Shown piece by piece: positions 44,751 through 53,381 of a stretch of DNA of 64,000 bases. The stretch lies in the NCBI GenBank assembly GCA_938010565.1, contig CALLUQ010000069.1, positions 3,400 through 67,399 on the forward strand. Reading direction: 5' to 3'. The stretch's first letter is position 1. Each line of letters starts with the position of its first letter. The notes beneath the pieces are model-generated. The model ran no database searches. It saw nothing but the letters and a program-made list of their open reading frames with translations, and was not told where the DNA came from. The stretch comes from an uncultured Flavobacteriales bacterium. GTDB taxonomy: Bacteria; Bacteroidota; Bacteroidia; Flavobacteriales_D; CALLUQ01. The translations under genes and the position numbers were made by a program.

Positions 44751-44997
44751 GTAGCTCCGTTTCAAAAGCAAAAGCCCGAACATCAGCCAAACGAGTGTTA
44801 AAGAGCGGCCAATACCCGAATTACACGGATCAAACTCGTTTTCAAAATAATTCCAGCCTATTTTAGGCTCTCATTTTGTAAGGATCTTGCATGAAAAGAA
44901 GGGTGTGAGGTTCTGCTCCTTTTTTGTGCCCGACGTATGGTTTAAATGCACGGGAATTTTCGCCTTCGCAGGGGCGTAAAAAAAACAGAAAACAAAA

Positions 44998-45624
44998 TTA
45001 GCCTTCCTCGGCAGCCACCTCTTTTAAATCAGGCAGGTAAGAGCGCAACAAGTTTTCGATGCCATCTTTTAAGGTAGCAGTAGAAGAAGGGCACCCCGAA
45101 CAAGCTCCTTTTAATGTAACCGTTACCACACCTTGGTCATAACTTTTAAAATGAATGGCACCGCCATCACCCTCCACTGCCGGACGCACATATTCTTCCA
45201 ACAGATCAATAATTTTTTGTTCCTCTTCGGTTTCGCCAACCGCCAACGATGCCGGCACCGCAGAAGCAGGGTTTTTCGCTTCGGTTGCAGCAGCAGAATC
45301 CGGAACAACCTTTTGCACCAGGGTTTCGTTTTCCATCATAAAATCGCGTACAAATTGGCGTAGCTCAAGCGTTACCATATCCCAGTTTACCGCATCGGTT
45401 TTGGTAACCGTTACAAAGTTCGCCGCTATAAAAACACTTTTCACAAACGGAAACCGAAACAATTCTACTGCAAAAGTGCTGGAGCCATGTGCTTCTTCGA
45501 CATGGGTATACTCTACTACTTCTCCGCCTTCGATCATCAGCCGGTCCGCAACAAATTTCATGGTGGCCGGGTTGGGTGTCATTTCAGCGTAAACACTTAC
45601 CGGTATGCTTTTTTCCGTTTCCAT
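44998..45624 (-). CDS. NifU/Nfu-type Fe-S cluster protein (Nfu_N + NifU C-terminal domain)
   Basis: TPNPATMKFV...FVKSVFIAANFVTVTK, then IDLLEEYVRPAVEGDGGAIHF...LKGACSGCPSS. Start at ATG 45624. Confidence 0.88.
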   Translation of the reverse strand: METEKSIPVSVYAEMTPNPATMKFVADRLMIEGGEVVEYTHVEEAHGSSTFAVELFRFPFVKSVFIAANFVTVTKTDAVNWDMVTLELRQFVRDFMMENETLVQKVVPDSAAATEAKNPASAVPASLAVGETEEEQKIIDLLEEYVRPAVEGDGGAIHFKSYDQGVVTVTLKGACSGCPSSTATLKDGIENLLRSYLPDLKEVAAEEG

Positions 45625-46166
45625 GCGTTTTGGTTTTATGTTTGCATTTATACGCGCAAAACTAATCAATTGTATGCAAAAGCGGAAAACCCGGTTTTAA
45701 CTCCGCAGGATGTAACGGGCTGATAGCCGATCGTGGAGTGTTGGGGAGAAATGGGTATGCAATTTATGCTGCCATTGGCACTAGTATTAAGTCAAGCATA
45801 CTTTAGCCGCACCAAGTTTTGATCTTTTTATCCCGGACTTCTTTAAAAAACAATCCATTAGCTACACTAAGCTCCTATTTTTCGCATGGTCCGGAACAAA
45901 AATACCGGCAACTTATACGACACAGTACACCTGACTTAACACTAGCAAAGCAGAGTGGGGTAAATTGCGGGAGTATTTCTTCCTTTTATCCGGGATATGA
46001 ACGATCTGTGGCTTTGGCATGAAGTAGAAGTATCTAACGCTTTGATGCGATATTTGTTTGGTTTTTTCTCTTCCGATGAAGCATCTACTGTTGCTACTCA
46101 CCCAGATAAAAAAGCACACCTGCAACTTTTCTTTCCGATTGCCGTTTATTAGCTTTGTAAGACAAC

Positions 46167-46577
46167 ATGAAAACAACACTTCGTCGGTCGGGTGCCTTGG
46201 TATTGCTGCTGCTGTTTACCGGCAGCACTTTCGGGTTATCGTTGAGTAAAATGACCTGCAATGTTTCAGGCATTGCACAATGGACAACCGATGGCTATTT
46301 CGATTGTTGTGCCGATGATGTTCCCCCTTTCGGTGCCGATGCATTCACCCACAATTGTTGCGATTTTACCAAAGCAATGTACAAGGTGGCCTTGCTCCCT
46401 CCTCACAAAGAAACCACCGATATTTTTCAGCATTCCGATAAATCCCGTAATGGGGTATTTCCAAGGCTCTTTGTTGCCTCCTACCCGGGTTTTGCTTCTC
46501 CTTATCACTCCGATCGTTCCCCTCCTCCCCTTCCGGTCAGGCACCGGTGGGTTTTCTTCTGTACTTTCATCATCTGA
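46167..46577 (+). CDS. small secreted CC-motif protein (resembles the HYC_CC_PP-type family)
   Basis: Signal peptide ALVLLLLFTGSTFG, then MTCNVSG...DCCADD...HNCCDF...LLPP. Sits directly upstream of a TonB-dependent receptor. The family name is from memory and the HYC tripeptide is replaced by MTC. Confidence 0.5.
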   Translation: MKTTLRRSGALVLLLLFTGSTFGLSLSKMTCNVSGIAQWTTDGYFDCCADDVPPFGADAFTHNCCDFTKAMYKVALLPPHKETTDIFQHSDKSRNGVFPRLFVASYPGFASPYHSDRSPPPLPVRHRWVFFCTFII

Positions 46578-46682
46578 TCGTTTTCTTTTTCCCGGATAGC
46601 TGCGTTCTGTCCGACCACAGTTCCGTTGCAACTGTAAACGCGACCACCCTACACCATTCTACATCGTGAAAAAGAAAACACC

Positions 46683-48917
46683 ATGAAAAGAAAAATCGCA
46701 TTGTTCCCTTTTGCTGCCATGCTGTTGTTTGGGTTTTTGCCTTTATCCGGAAAAGCACAAACCATCACCGGTAAGGTAACGGCCTCCGCCAAGGGAGATC
46801 ATAAAAAAGCCGAAGAAATCTTGCCCGGAGCCAACGTTTACTGGGCTGGCACCCATATTGGAACCACCACCGATACCGATGGAAAATTTCAACTCAAAGC
46901 ACCGGAAACCTATCCGGCCATCCTCGTAGCCAGCTATGTAAGCTACAAAAGCGACTCTCTGGAAATAAAAGGCCCGGGAACAAACATTCGCATGCGTTTA
47001 CAGCCCCATGCTTTTCATGCGGTACGCATCAACGAGAAACGCCTTACCACTTTTACGTCTACCATCGATCCCATCCGAACAGAAACCATAACGACCGGTG
47101 AACTGGAGCGGGCGGCTTGTTGTAACTTATCCGAAAGTTTCGAAACCAATGCTTCGGTAGATGTGGTGGAAAACGATGCCGTTTCCGGCACCCGAAAGAT
47201 CCGGATGTTGGGGCTCGATGGGGTGTATACCCAAATACAAATAGAGAACATTCCCGGTATACGTGGCTTGGCATCCGGTACCGGTTTAACCACCATGCCG
47301 GGCACCCGCATCCAATCCATTCAGGTCTCGAAGGGTGCGGGAAGCGTGGTAAATGGCCACGAAGCCATAACCGGTCAGATCAACATCGAGCTTCTGAAGC
47401 CCGAAGAAAACGACCGGCTTTACCTCAACCTCTATGGCAATCACATGGGGCGATCCGAAGCCAACCTCCAACTCACCTCCAAAACGGGAGAAAAATGGGC
47501 CACCAATCTGTTTCTGCACGGCAGCGGTAACTTTGTAACCAACGACCGCAACAACGATCGGTTTCTGGATATGCCCGTTTATACCCACATCAATGTTTTT
47601 AACCGCTGGAAATACACCGGAAAAAAACGCATGATGCAAATCATGTATAAGATCGTAGACGAACGCAAACAAAGCGGGCAAACCGCATTTAATTACCCGC
47701 AGGATTTTGGCACACAGAATGCTTACGGAATAGGACTAAATACCCGGCAGTACGAAGTGTTTGTGAAAAACGGTTTTATCATGCCACAACATCCGGGCCG
47801 GAGTTTGGGCATTCTGGGCAAGGCCAACTACTATCGTTTTAACGCCTATTTTGGCAACCGCGAATACAATGCTTTGCAACGCAGCACCTGGCTCAATGCC
47901 ATTTATGCCGGTATCATCGGAACTACCCTGCACAAATGGAAAGCCGGAGCCAGTTTCCGTTACGATCATTTTCAGGAAAGCTTTGCAGATTCGGGCTTTT
48001 CGAGAGAAGAAGCGGTGCCCGGGACTTTTTTCGAATATACCTACAACGATTCGGAAAAATTTTCAGCCATTCTCGGGATCAGAGGAGATTGGCACAACAT
48101 GTATGGGTTCCGCTACAGTCCGCGGGTACATCTGAAATACAACCCCGCACCTTTATGGGTTTTTCGCCTGTCGGGCGGAAGGGGCTTCCGTACTCCGAAC
48201 GTATTGGCCGATCATCTTGGTTTGTTGGCCAGTTCCCGTAGGCTCATTGTTTTGGAAACACCAAAAGCAGAAGAAGCCATCAATTACGGAGGGTCTTTTT
48301 TACGAAAAATGGAATGGTTTGGACAGGAAGCTTACATCAGTGCCGATTTTTTCCGGACCCGTTTTATCCGGCAACTGGTGGCAGACCTGGACCGGGATGT
48401 ACATCAGGTAGTGTTTTATAATCTGGAAGGTATTTCCTATTCCAACAGTTTTCAAACCGATCTGGGTTTTGAGCCGGTGGAACGTTTACGCCTTCATTTT
48501 GCGTATAAGTTTACAGATGTAAAAACCACCCTCAACCATCGTTTGCAAGGCCAACCTTTTGTGCCGAAGCACAGGGCACTGTTTAGCCTTGCCTGGCAAA
48601 CGGCAAACGAGATATGGAGTTTTGATGCCACCACACAATGGACCGGAGTTAGCCGGATACCAAACACAGCGGCCAATCCGGCCGGGTTTCGGCTGGAAGA
48701 ACAATCGGAAGCTTTTTTTAAACAGCATATACAGGTGAGTAAACAATGGCGCCTGTTTGATGCTTACCTGGGAGTGGAAAATGCCTTTAATTACCGGCAA
48801 AGCAACCCCATTATTGATGCGGCCAACCCTTTTGGCAACCTTTTTGATGCCAGTATGATCTGGGGACCGGTGAACGGCCGGACCATTTATCTGGGTTTCC
48901 GATATAAACTGAAATAA
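46683..48917 (+). CDS. TonB-dependent receptor with CarboxypepD_reg-like N-domain
   Basis: Signal peptide, ITGKVT...TDTDGKFQLK, plug motif ELERAACCNLSESFETNASVDV, then a long barrel ending GRTIYLGFRYKLK. Confidence 0.9.
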   Translation: MKRKIALFPFAAMLLFGFLPLSGKAQTITGKVTASAKGDHKKAEEILPGANVYWAGTHIGTTTDTDGKFQLKAPETYPAILVASYVSYKSDSLEIKGPGTNIRMRLQPHAFHAVRINEKRLTTFTSTIDPIRTETITTGELERAACCNLSESFETNASVDVVENDAVSGTRKIRMLGLDGVYTQIQIENIPGIRGLASGTGLTTMPGTRIQSIQVSKGAGSVVNGHEAITGQINIELLKPEENDRLYLNLYGNHMGRSEANLQLTSKTGEKWATNLFLHGSGNFVTNDRNNDRFLDMPVYTHINVFNRWKYTGKKRMMQIMYKIVDERKQSGQTAFNYPQDFGTQNAYGIGLNTRQYEVFVKNGFIMPQHPGRSLGILGKANYYRFNAYFGNREYNALQRSTWLNAIYAGIIGTTLHKWKAGASFRYDHFQESFADSGFSREEAVPGTFFEYTYNDSEKFSAILGIRGDWHNMYGFRYSPRVHLKYNPAPLWVFRLSGGRGFRTPNVLADHLGLLASSRRLIVLETPKAEEAINYGGSFLRKMEWFGQEAYISADFFRTRFIRQLVADLDRDVHQVVFYNLEGISYSNSFQTDLGFEPVERLRLHFAYKFTDVKTTLNHRLQGQPFVPKHRALFSLAWQTANEIWSFDATTQWTGVSRIPNTAANPAGFRLEEQSEAFFKQHIQVSKQWRLFDAYLGVENAFNYRQSNPIIDAANPFGNLFDASMIWGPVNGRTIYLGFRYKLK

Positions 48918-48953
48918 TTAAATTTAACACATAAATCATTCAAAAAACGTAAA

Positions 48954-49523
48954 ATGAAAAAGATCCTTCCAATGAGCGCCCTCCTTTCCTTTCTGATGTT
49001 GTTCGGTTTAGCGGTGCAAGCACAAAAATCAGCACCCACCAACACCAATGTTGTTGAAGCAAAAATCAAGACCACGGCGGTTTGCAACGATTGTAAAACG
49101 CGTTTGGAACACCACATGAAATTCGAAAAAGGCGTAAAATCCGCGAACCTTGATCTGGAATCGAAAGTGCTAACGGTAGCCTATCAGCCGAAAAAAACCA
49201 ACGAAGCCAAATTGCGTACTGCCATAACCAAAGCGGGGTATATGGCCGATGGCGTTCCGGCCAACAAAAAAGCGTATGCCAAATTGCCTGCTTGTTGCAA
49301 AGATCCCAAAACAACATGCAGCGACGATGCCAATACTAACGGTGCTTCATCTGCCGGTGTTCCTGCTCCCGTAACAAAAGCAAAAGGATGTTGTAGCGGT
49401 GGTAAAAAGAGTTGCACAAAAAACGGAAAAAAGCCCGATGGCGAACCTGCTGCCGATCAAAAAACGAATACGAGGAAAGCATGCTGTAGCGGCGTTTCAA
49501 AGTGCAAGAATAAAGGCAACTGA
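48954..49523 (+). CDS. heavy-metal-associated (HMA) domain protein with Cys/Lys-rich tail
   Basis: Signal peptide. HMA-like fold AKIKTTAVCNDCKTRLEHHM...VLTVAYQPKKTNEAKLRTAITKAGY. The tail reads PACCKDPKTTCSDD...KGCCSGGKKSCTKNGKK...KACCSGVSKCKNKGN. Confidence 0.8.
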   Translation: MKKILPMSALLSFLMLFGLAVQAQKSAPTNTNVVEAKIKTTAVCNDCKTRLEHHMKFEKGVKSANLDLESKVLTVAYQPKKTNEAKLRTAITKAGYMADGVPANKKAYAKLPACCKDPKTTCSDDANTNGASSAGVPAPVTKAKGCCSGGKKSCTKNGKKPDGEPAADQKTNTRKACCSGVSKCKNKGN

Positions 49524-49715
49524 TGATCCGGTTGTATATGCCGTAAAAAATGGAGCAGCCATCCCTTTTCCGGTGGTAGCTTCGGGTTCTAAAACTTCAG
49601 GACAAGATTTTTTCAAAATTCAACAGGCAATATTACCTTCGCAGGTTAAAATGAAGCCATATTGTCTGAAATGGCTGAAAACGTACTTTTTATAAACTAA
49701 AAAATTTGAACCGGA

Positions 49716-50282
49716 GTGAACATTGATGAAACAATTGAACGGTTGAAAGAAGGGAATGCCCGCTTTGTAGCCGATAAGCTTGACGGAAAGCTTCAAGACA
49801 GCCAACGTAGAAATGAATTGACTGCCGGCCAGCAGCCCCACACCATTGTACTCAGTTGTGCGGATAGCCGTGTTGTGCCGGAGTTAGCATTTGATACCGG
49901 CCTGGGCGAATTGTTTGTGTTGCGGGTGGCCGGAAACGTGGCCAACACTTCTTCGCTCGCAAGCATTGAGTATGCCGTAGCCCATTGTAAATCGAAGTTG
50001 ATCGTGGTGATGGGACACCAGAGCTGCGGTGCCGTAACTGCAGCAGTAAGCGGTGGAGATAATGGTTATAACCTGAACCACTTGCTTGCGCACATTACGC
50101 CTGCAATTGCTGCCTCGGAAGACAAAACAGCGATTAACGACGTGGTAAAGACCAATGCCAGACTTACAGCAAAAAATATGCTTTCACGTTCGCTCATTCT
50201 TCGCGAAGCGGTAGAAAAAGGAGCCTTGAAAATAGTGCCGGCATATTATAGCCTGGATTCCGGAAAAGTGGATTTCCTGTAA
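49716..50282 (+). CDS. beta-class carbonic anhydrase
   Basis: LSCADSRVVPE, FVLRVAGN, VVMGHQSCGAV. GTG start. Confidence 0.9.
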   Translation: MNIDETIERLKEGNARFVADKLDGKLQDSQRRNELTAGQQPHTIVLSCADSRVVPELAFDTGLGELFVLRVAGNVANTSSLASIEYAVAHCKSKLIVVMGHQSCGAVTAAVSGGDNGYNLNHLLAHITPAIAASEDKTAINDVVKTNARLTAKNMLSRSLILREAVEKGALKIVPAYYSLDSGKVDFL

Positions 50283-50343
50283 TGGATCCGAATTTATGGA
50301 ATGGTTTGAGGCCATCTTGCTTTTATAATAATATAAGAGCAAG

Positions 50344-50856
50344 ATGGCCTTAATTTTATCGTGTAGGGAAAATACGCCTCAGATCCCTGCCTCCTGCTGG
50401 CTGGCTGAAAATGCTACCATAGCAGGCGAGGTAACCATGGGCGAAAGATGCAGCGTTTGGTTCAACGCTGTTATTCGGGGAGATGTAAACTCCATCCTGA
50501 TTGGTGATCAGGTTAACATTCAGGATGGAGCCATTATTCATTGTACGTATCAGAAAGCCGCAACCACCATCGGGAATAACGTTTCCGTTGGGCACAATGC
50601 TATTGTTCACGGGTGTACCGTTCATAGCGATGTGCTGGTTGGCATGGGAAGCATTTTGATGGATGGTGTGGTAGTAGAAAGCAATTCCATCATTGCGGCA
50701 GGGGCGGTTGTCACCCAAAATACCCATGTGGAAACAGGAAGCATTTATGCCGGAGTACCTGCAAAAAAGGTCAAAACGATTTCTGCGGAACTAACCAAAG
50801 GGGAAATTGATCGCATTGCGAAAAATTACCAATTGTATGCTTCCTGGTTCAAATGA
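50344..50856 (+). CDS. gamma-class carbonic anhydrase-like / left-handed beta-helix (PaaY/YrdA family) protein
   Basis: Hexapeptide repeats; WFNAVIRGDVNSILIGDQVNIQDGAIIH and VGHNAIVHGCTV. Confidence 0.88.
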   Translation: MALILSCRENTPQIPASCWLAENATIAGEVTMGERCSVWFNAVIRGDVNSILIGDQVNIQDGAIIHCTYQKAATTIGNNVSVGHNAIVHGCTVHSDVLVGMGSILMDGVVVESNSIIAAGAVVTQNTHVETGSIYAGVPAKKVKTISAELTKGEIDRIAKNYQLYASWFK

Positions 50857-50898
50857 GGCAGCCTGGCTGTGAGCCTGAAAAGCGAGGGGAGCCCGTCA

Positions 50899-50925
50899 GG
50901 GCAAACGCATTAAGTATTGGGTTCA
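50899..50925 (-). repeat. ISAs1-type terminal repeat, degenerate short copy E
   Basis: GGGCAAACGCATTAAGTATTGGGTTCAGG. Only the first ~15 nt are clearly shared with copies A-D. Confidence 0.35.
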
Positions 50926-51056
50926 GGCATCTTGTCTTGCAAATTTAATTACCTTCAGAAGTTTTAATTCCGGTATCTGTTAAGCCCGTAAAAGAACATA
51001 ACGACAAGGAACTTTTTAAGCGCTTTGCAGAAGGCGACCGGAGCAGCTATGAAACG

Positions 51057-51542
51057 TTGTTTAAACGTTACTATGAGTTTTTGTGTTACCATGCCTGGCG
51101 GTATGTGAAAGACCGCAGTACTGCCGAAGATATTGTTCAGGATGTTTTCTTCAAGCTTTGGAAAAAAATGCAACACAACGAGCTGAAAAAAAACCTTGAC
51201 ATCAAACCTTATTTATATGTGGCGGTAAAGAATACTGCTTTGAATAAGCTAAAGGTAAACAAGCGAAGAGCAGACCTTGAGGAAAAGAGTTTAACTCCGC
51301 TTTTTGTTGAAACAATGACCGCAGCAGATATATTGATTTACAACGAGCTGAAAAACCACCTTATGAATGCCATTACGGACCTGCCTCCCAAATGCCGTGA
51401 AGTGTTTCAGTTGAGCCGGTTGGAAAACATGAGTTACAAAGAAATTTCAGAACAGATGAACATATCGATCAAAACCGTTGAAAATCAAATGGGAAAAGCT
51501 TTGAGACGACTTCGTGAAAGCTTGGGAAAATACCAAAAATGA
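51057..51542 (+). CDS. ECF sigma factor (FecI-like, Bacteroidota type); annotated start probably not the ancestral one
   Basis: Region 2 AEDIVQDVFFKLW. Region 4 EVFQLSRLENMSYKEISEQMNISIKTVENQMGKALRRLR. Conserved N-terminal sequence continues in frame upstream to 50949 with no ATG/GTG/TTG (see findings). Confidence 0.85.
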   Translation: MFKRYYEFLCYHAWRYVKDRSTAEDIVQDVFFKLWKKMQHNELKKNLDIKPYLYVAVKNTALNKLKVNKRRADLEEKSLTPLFVETMTAADILIYNELKNHLMNAITDLPPKCREVFQLSRLENMSYKEISEQMNISIKTVENQMGKALRRLRESLGKYQK

Positions 51543-51671
51543 ATCGCTTTGACCGGAGGTATATTTTTTTAGAAATGCAGTAGGGGGAAATGAAATAACC
51601 GGTTGTTTTATGGAAAGTTAGCTGTAAAATCGGGTTGGATATTATTTCCTCAGAAAACGTTGAAGACGAAC

Positions 51672-52691
51672 ATGGCAACTGAAATGTGGGATATGATCGC
51701 AAAAGCCGCCGTTGGCGAAGCCAGTTCCGAGGAGCTGGAGCAGCTAAAGGCATGGGAAGATGCATCGTGGAACAATGCTTTTTTGAGGCGGGAGGCCCAT
51801 GAAGCATGGAAAACATCCAAAGATGTTCCGATTCATTTTAAACCCGATGTAAACGCTGCCTGGAGCAGGTTGTCTGCCCAAATTGAACAAGAGGATGCTT
51901 CCTCCACCGTTGTACCGGTTTATACAGATATGACCAAACGCAACAAATGGATCCTCATTACGGCAGCTTTTGTTGCCTTATTGTTGGGGATTGCTCTGGT
52001 AATACGCCTGTTGATGCCTGATCCTGATACTGTTTACGATCAGATTGCAGAGGCAAACAGCAATACTCAGCATGTGGTGCTTGCAGATGGAACCCACGTT
52101 GGGTTAAACCACAATTCAAACCTACGGTATCCTTCTCGCCTTGAAGGAGATATCCGACAGGTAAAATTGCATGGCGAAGCTTTTTTTGATGTAGCCAAAG
52201 GTACCGACCAGCCGTTCGTAGTGTATACCAAAACTACCCGTACCGAAACGCTCGGAGCTTCTTTCCATCTGGTTTCTTACCCTCGGAACGGCATCCATGT
52301 TTTAACGGCTTATACCGGAAAAGTACGTTTTTCCAGTTTGGTTGATGCAGATAAAAAAAGGGTTGTAAAACCCGGACAAGAAGCCATAATTGCGGAAGAA
52401 GGCACCTCCGTCTCTATCGTAACCCAAAAAGCTGCTACCATGAACCATGCCGCCTGGCAAAACGGTCGGCTGAAGTTTGAACAAACCCCCATGAAGCACA
52501 TTTTCAAAGACCTTGAAAAACATTTTGATGTAACCTTTGAAGTACACGATCCGCCGTTGTTAACCCAGGTTTGGGAAGGGGTCTACTCTACTGAGAGTCT
52601 TGAAAACATCCTCAACGATATCGACCACCATACGTGCATTGATTTCGAAAAGAAAGGCAACGTTATTATCGTAACCGGAAAAGGTTGCTAA
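51672..52691 (+). CDS. FecR-family anti-sigma factor
   Basis: N-terminal cytoplasmic segment, TM helix WILITAAFVALLLGIALVI, and FecR domain VVLADGTHVGLNHNSNLRY...LHGEAFFDV. Start at ATG 51672. Confidence 0.85.
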   Translation: MATEMWDMIAKAAVGEASSEELEQLKAWEDASWNNAFLRREAHEAWKTSKDVPIHFKPDVNAAWSRLSAQIEQEDASSTVVPVYTDMTKRNKWILITAAFVALLLGIALVIRLLMPDPDTVYDQIAEANSNTQHVVLADGTHVGLNHNSNLRYPSRLEGDIRQVKLHGEAFFDVAKGTDQPFVVYTKTTRTETLGASFHLVSYPRNGIHVLTAYTGKVRFSSLVDADKKRVVKPGQEAIIAEEGTSVSIVTQKAATMNHAAWQNGRLKFEQTPMKHIFKDLEKHFDVTFEVHDPPLLTQVWEGVYSTESLENILNDIDHHTCIDFEKKGNVIIVTGKGC

Positions 52692-52704
52692 CGGAACCAG
52701 ATGC

Positions 52705-52732
52705 CTTTTTGATGGCCCTGGCCATCAAAAAG
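52705..52732 (+). terminator. 13-bp perfect hairpin after fecR
   Basis: CTTTTTGATGGCC / GGCCATCAAAAAG starting 14 nt after the stop. No U-tract. Confidence 0.5.
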
Positions 52733-53126
52733 CAAACGAGCAGTTTCTGTTGTTTACTTAGGCCCTCTCTTTTTACCTCTGATTTTCAGATGCTGCCTCT
52801 ATTCCGAAGGGTTCTGTGTAGGGGTTTCTCCTTTTATAGCTGTTGTATGCTTTGAGACCAGTAATAACATGTTAAAGACCGAATGAATATGCAAAATGTT
52901 ACCCATTATCACCTTTCCTATTTTATTGCTCCAACCGAAAAAAGTGCAGCCGGCAAACCTGTGCGTCGCCGGTGGTACGTCTAATTTTTTAATTTAACAA
53001 AGGTGGCGGTACTGTCGGATTTATTCGATTTATTACAGCGGTTTATTTTCATCTGAATTTTACGTGTTCAGGCGTTTTCCGCTTGATGGTACTTCTCCTG
53101 TTCCAATTGCATAATCGCTTTGGGAA

Positions 53127-53163
53127 AAAGGGAAACAGCCGGCAGGCTTGTTTTCCTTTTTTT
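53127..53163 (+). terminator. orphan terminator-like hairpin with T-tract
   Basis: GGGAAACAGCC-GGCA-GGCTTGTTTTCC (two bulges) followed by TTTTTTT. No credible ORF lies upstream. Confidence 0.35.
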
Positions 53164-53381
53164 GTTAGGCATATCAAACCATTACCGTTGTGGGTTCATC
53201 CCATATTAGCTTGCAAGTTTCGATGGGTTCTGTTTGGCTTAGTATCTTTTTTCAAGCCAACCATTTTTTTGGAGACCGTACATTATAGTTGAGTTCATCA
53301 CTCTTTCACAAACAAATCCATCCCACCAACAACCGTGAAACATTTTGTAACTTGAACCGCATTTTGCTCAAATTCTACTTT

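Noticed and set aside
44717-44955. MITE bounded by inverted ISAs1-like ends (GCAAACGCATTTAA at 44719 and TTTAAATGCAC at 44942)
   Set aside because: The inverted match is only ~8 nt (GCATTTAA), and I saw no target-site duplication. The evidence is too weak.
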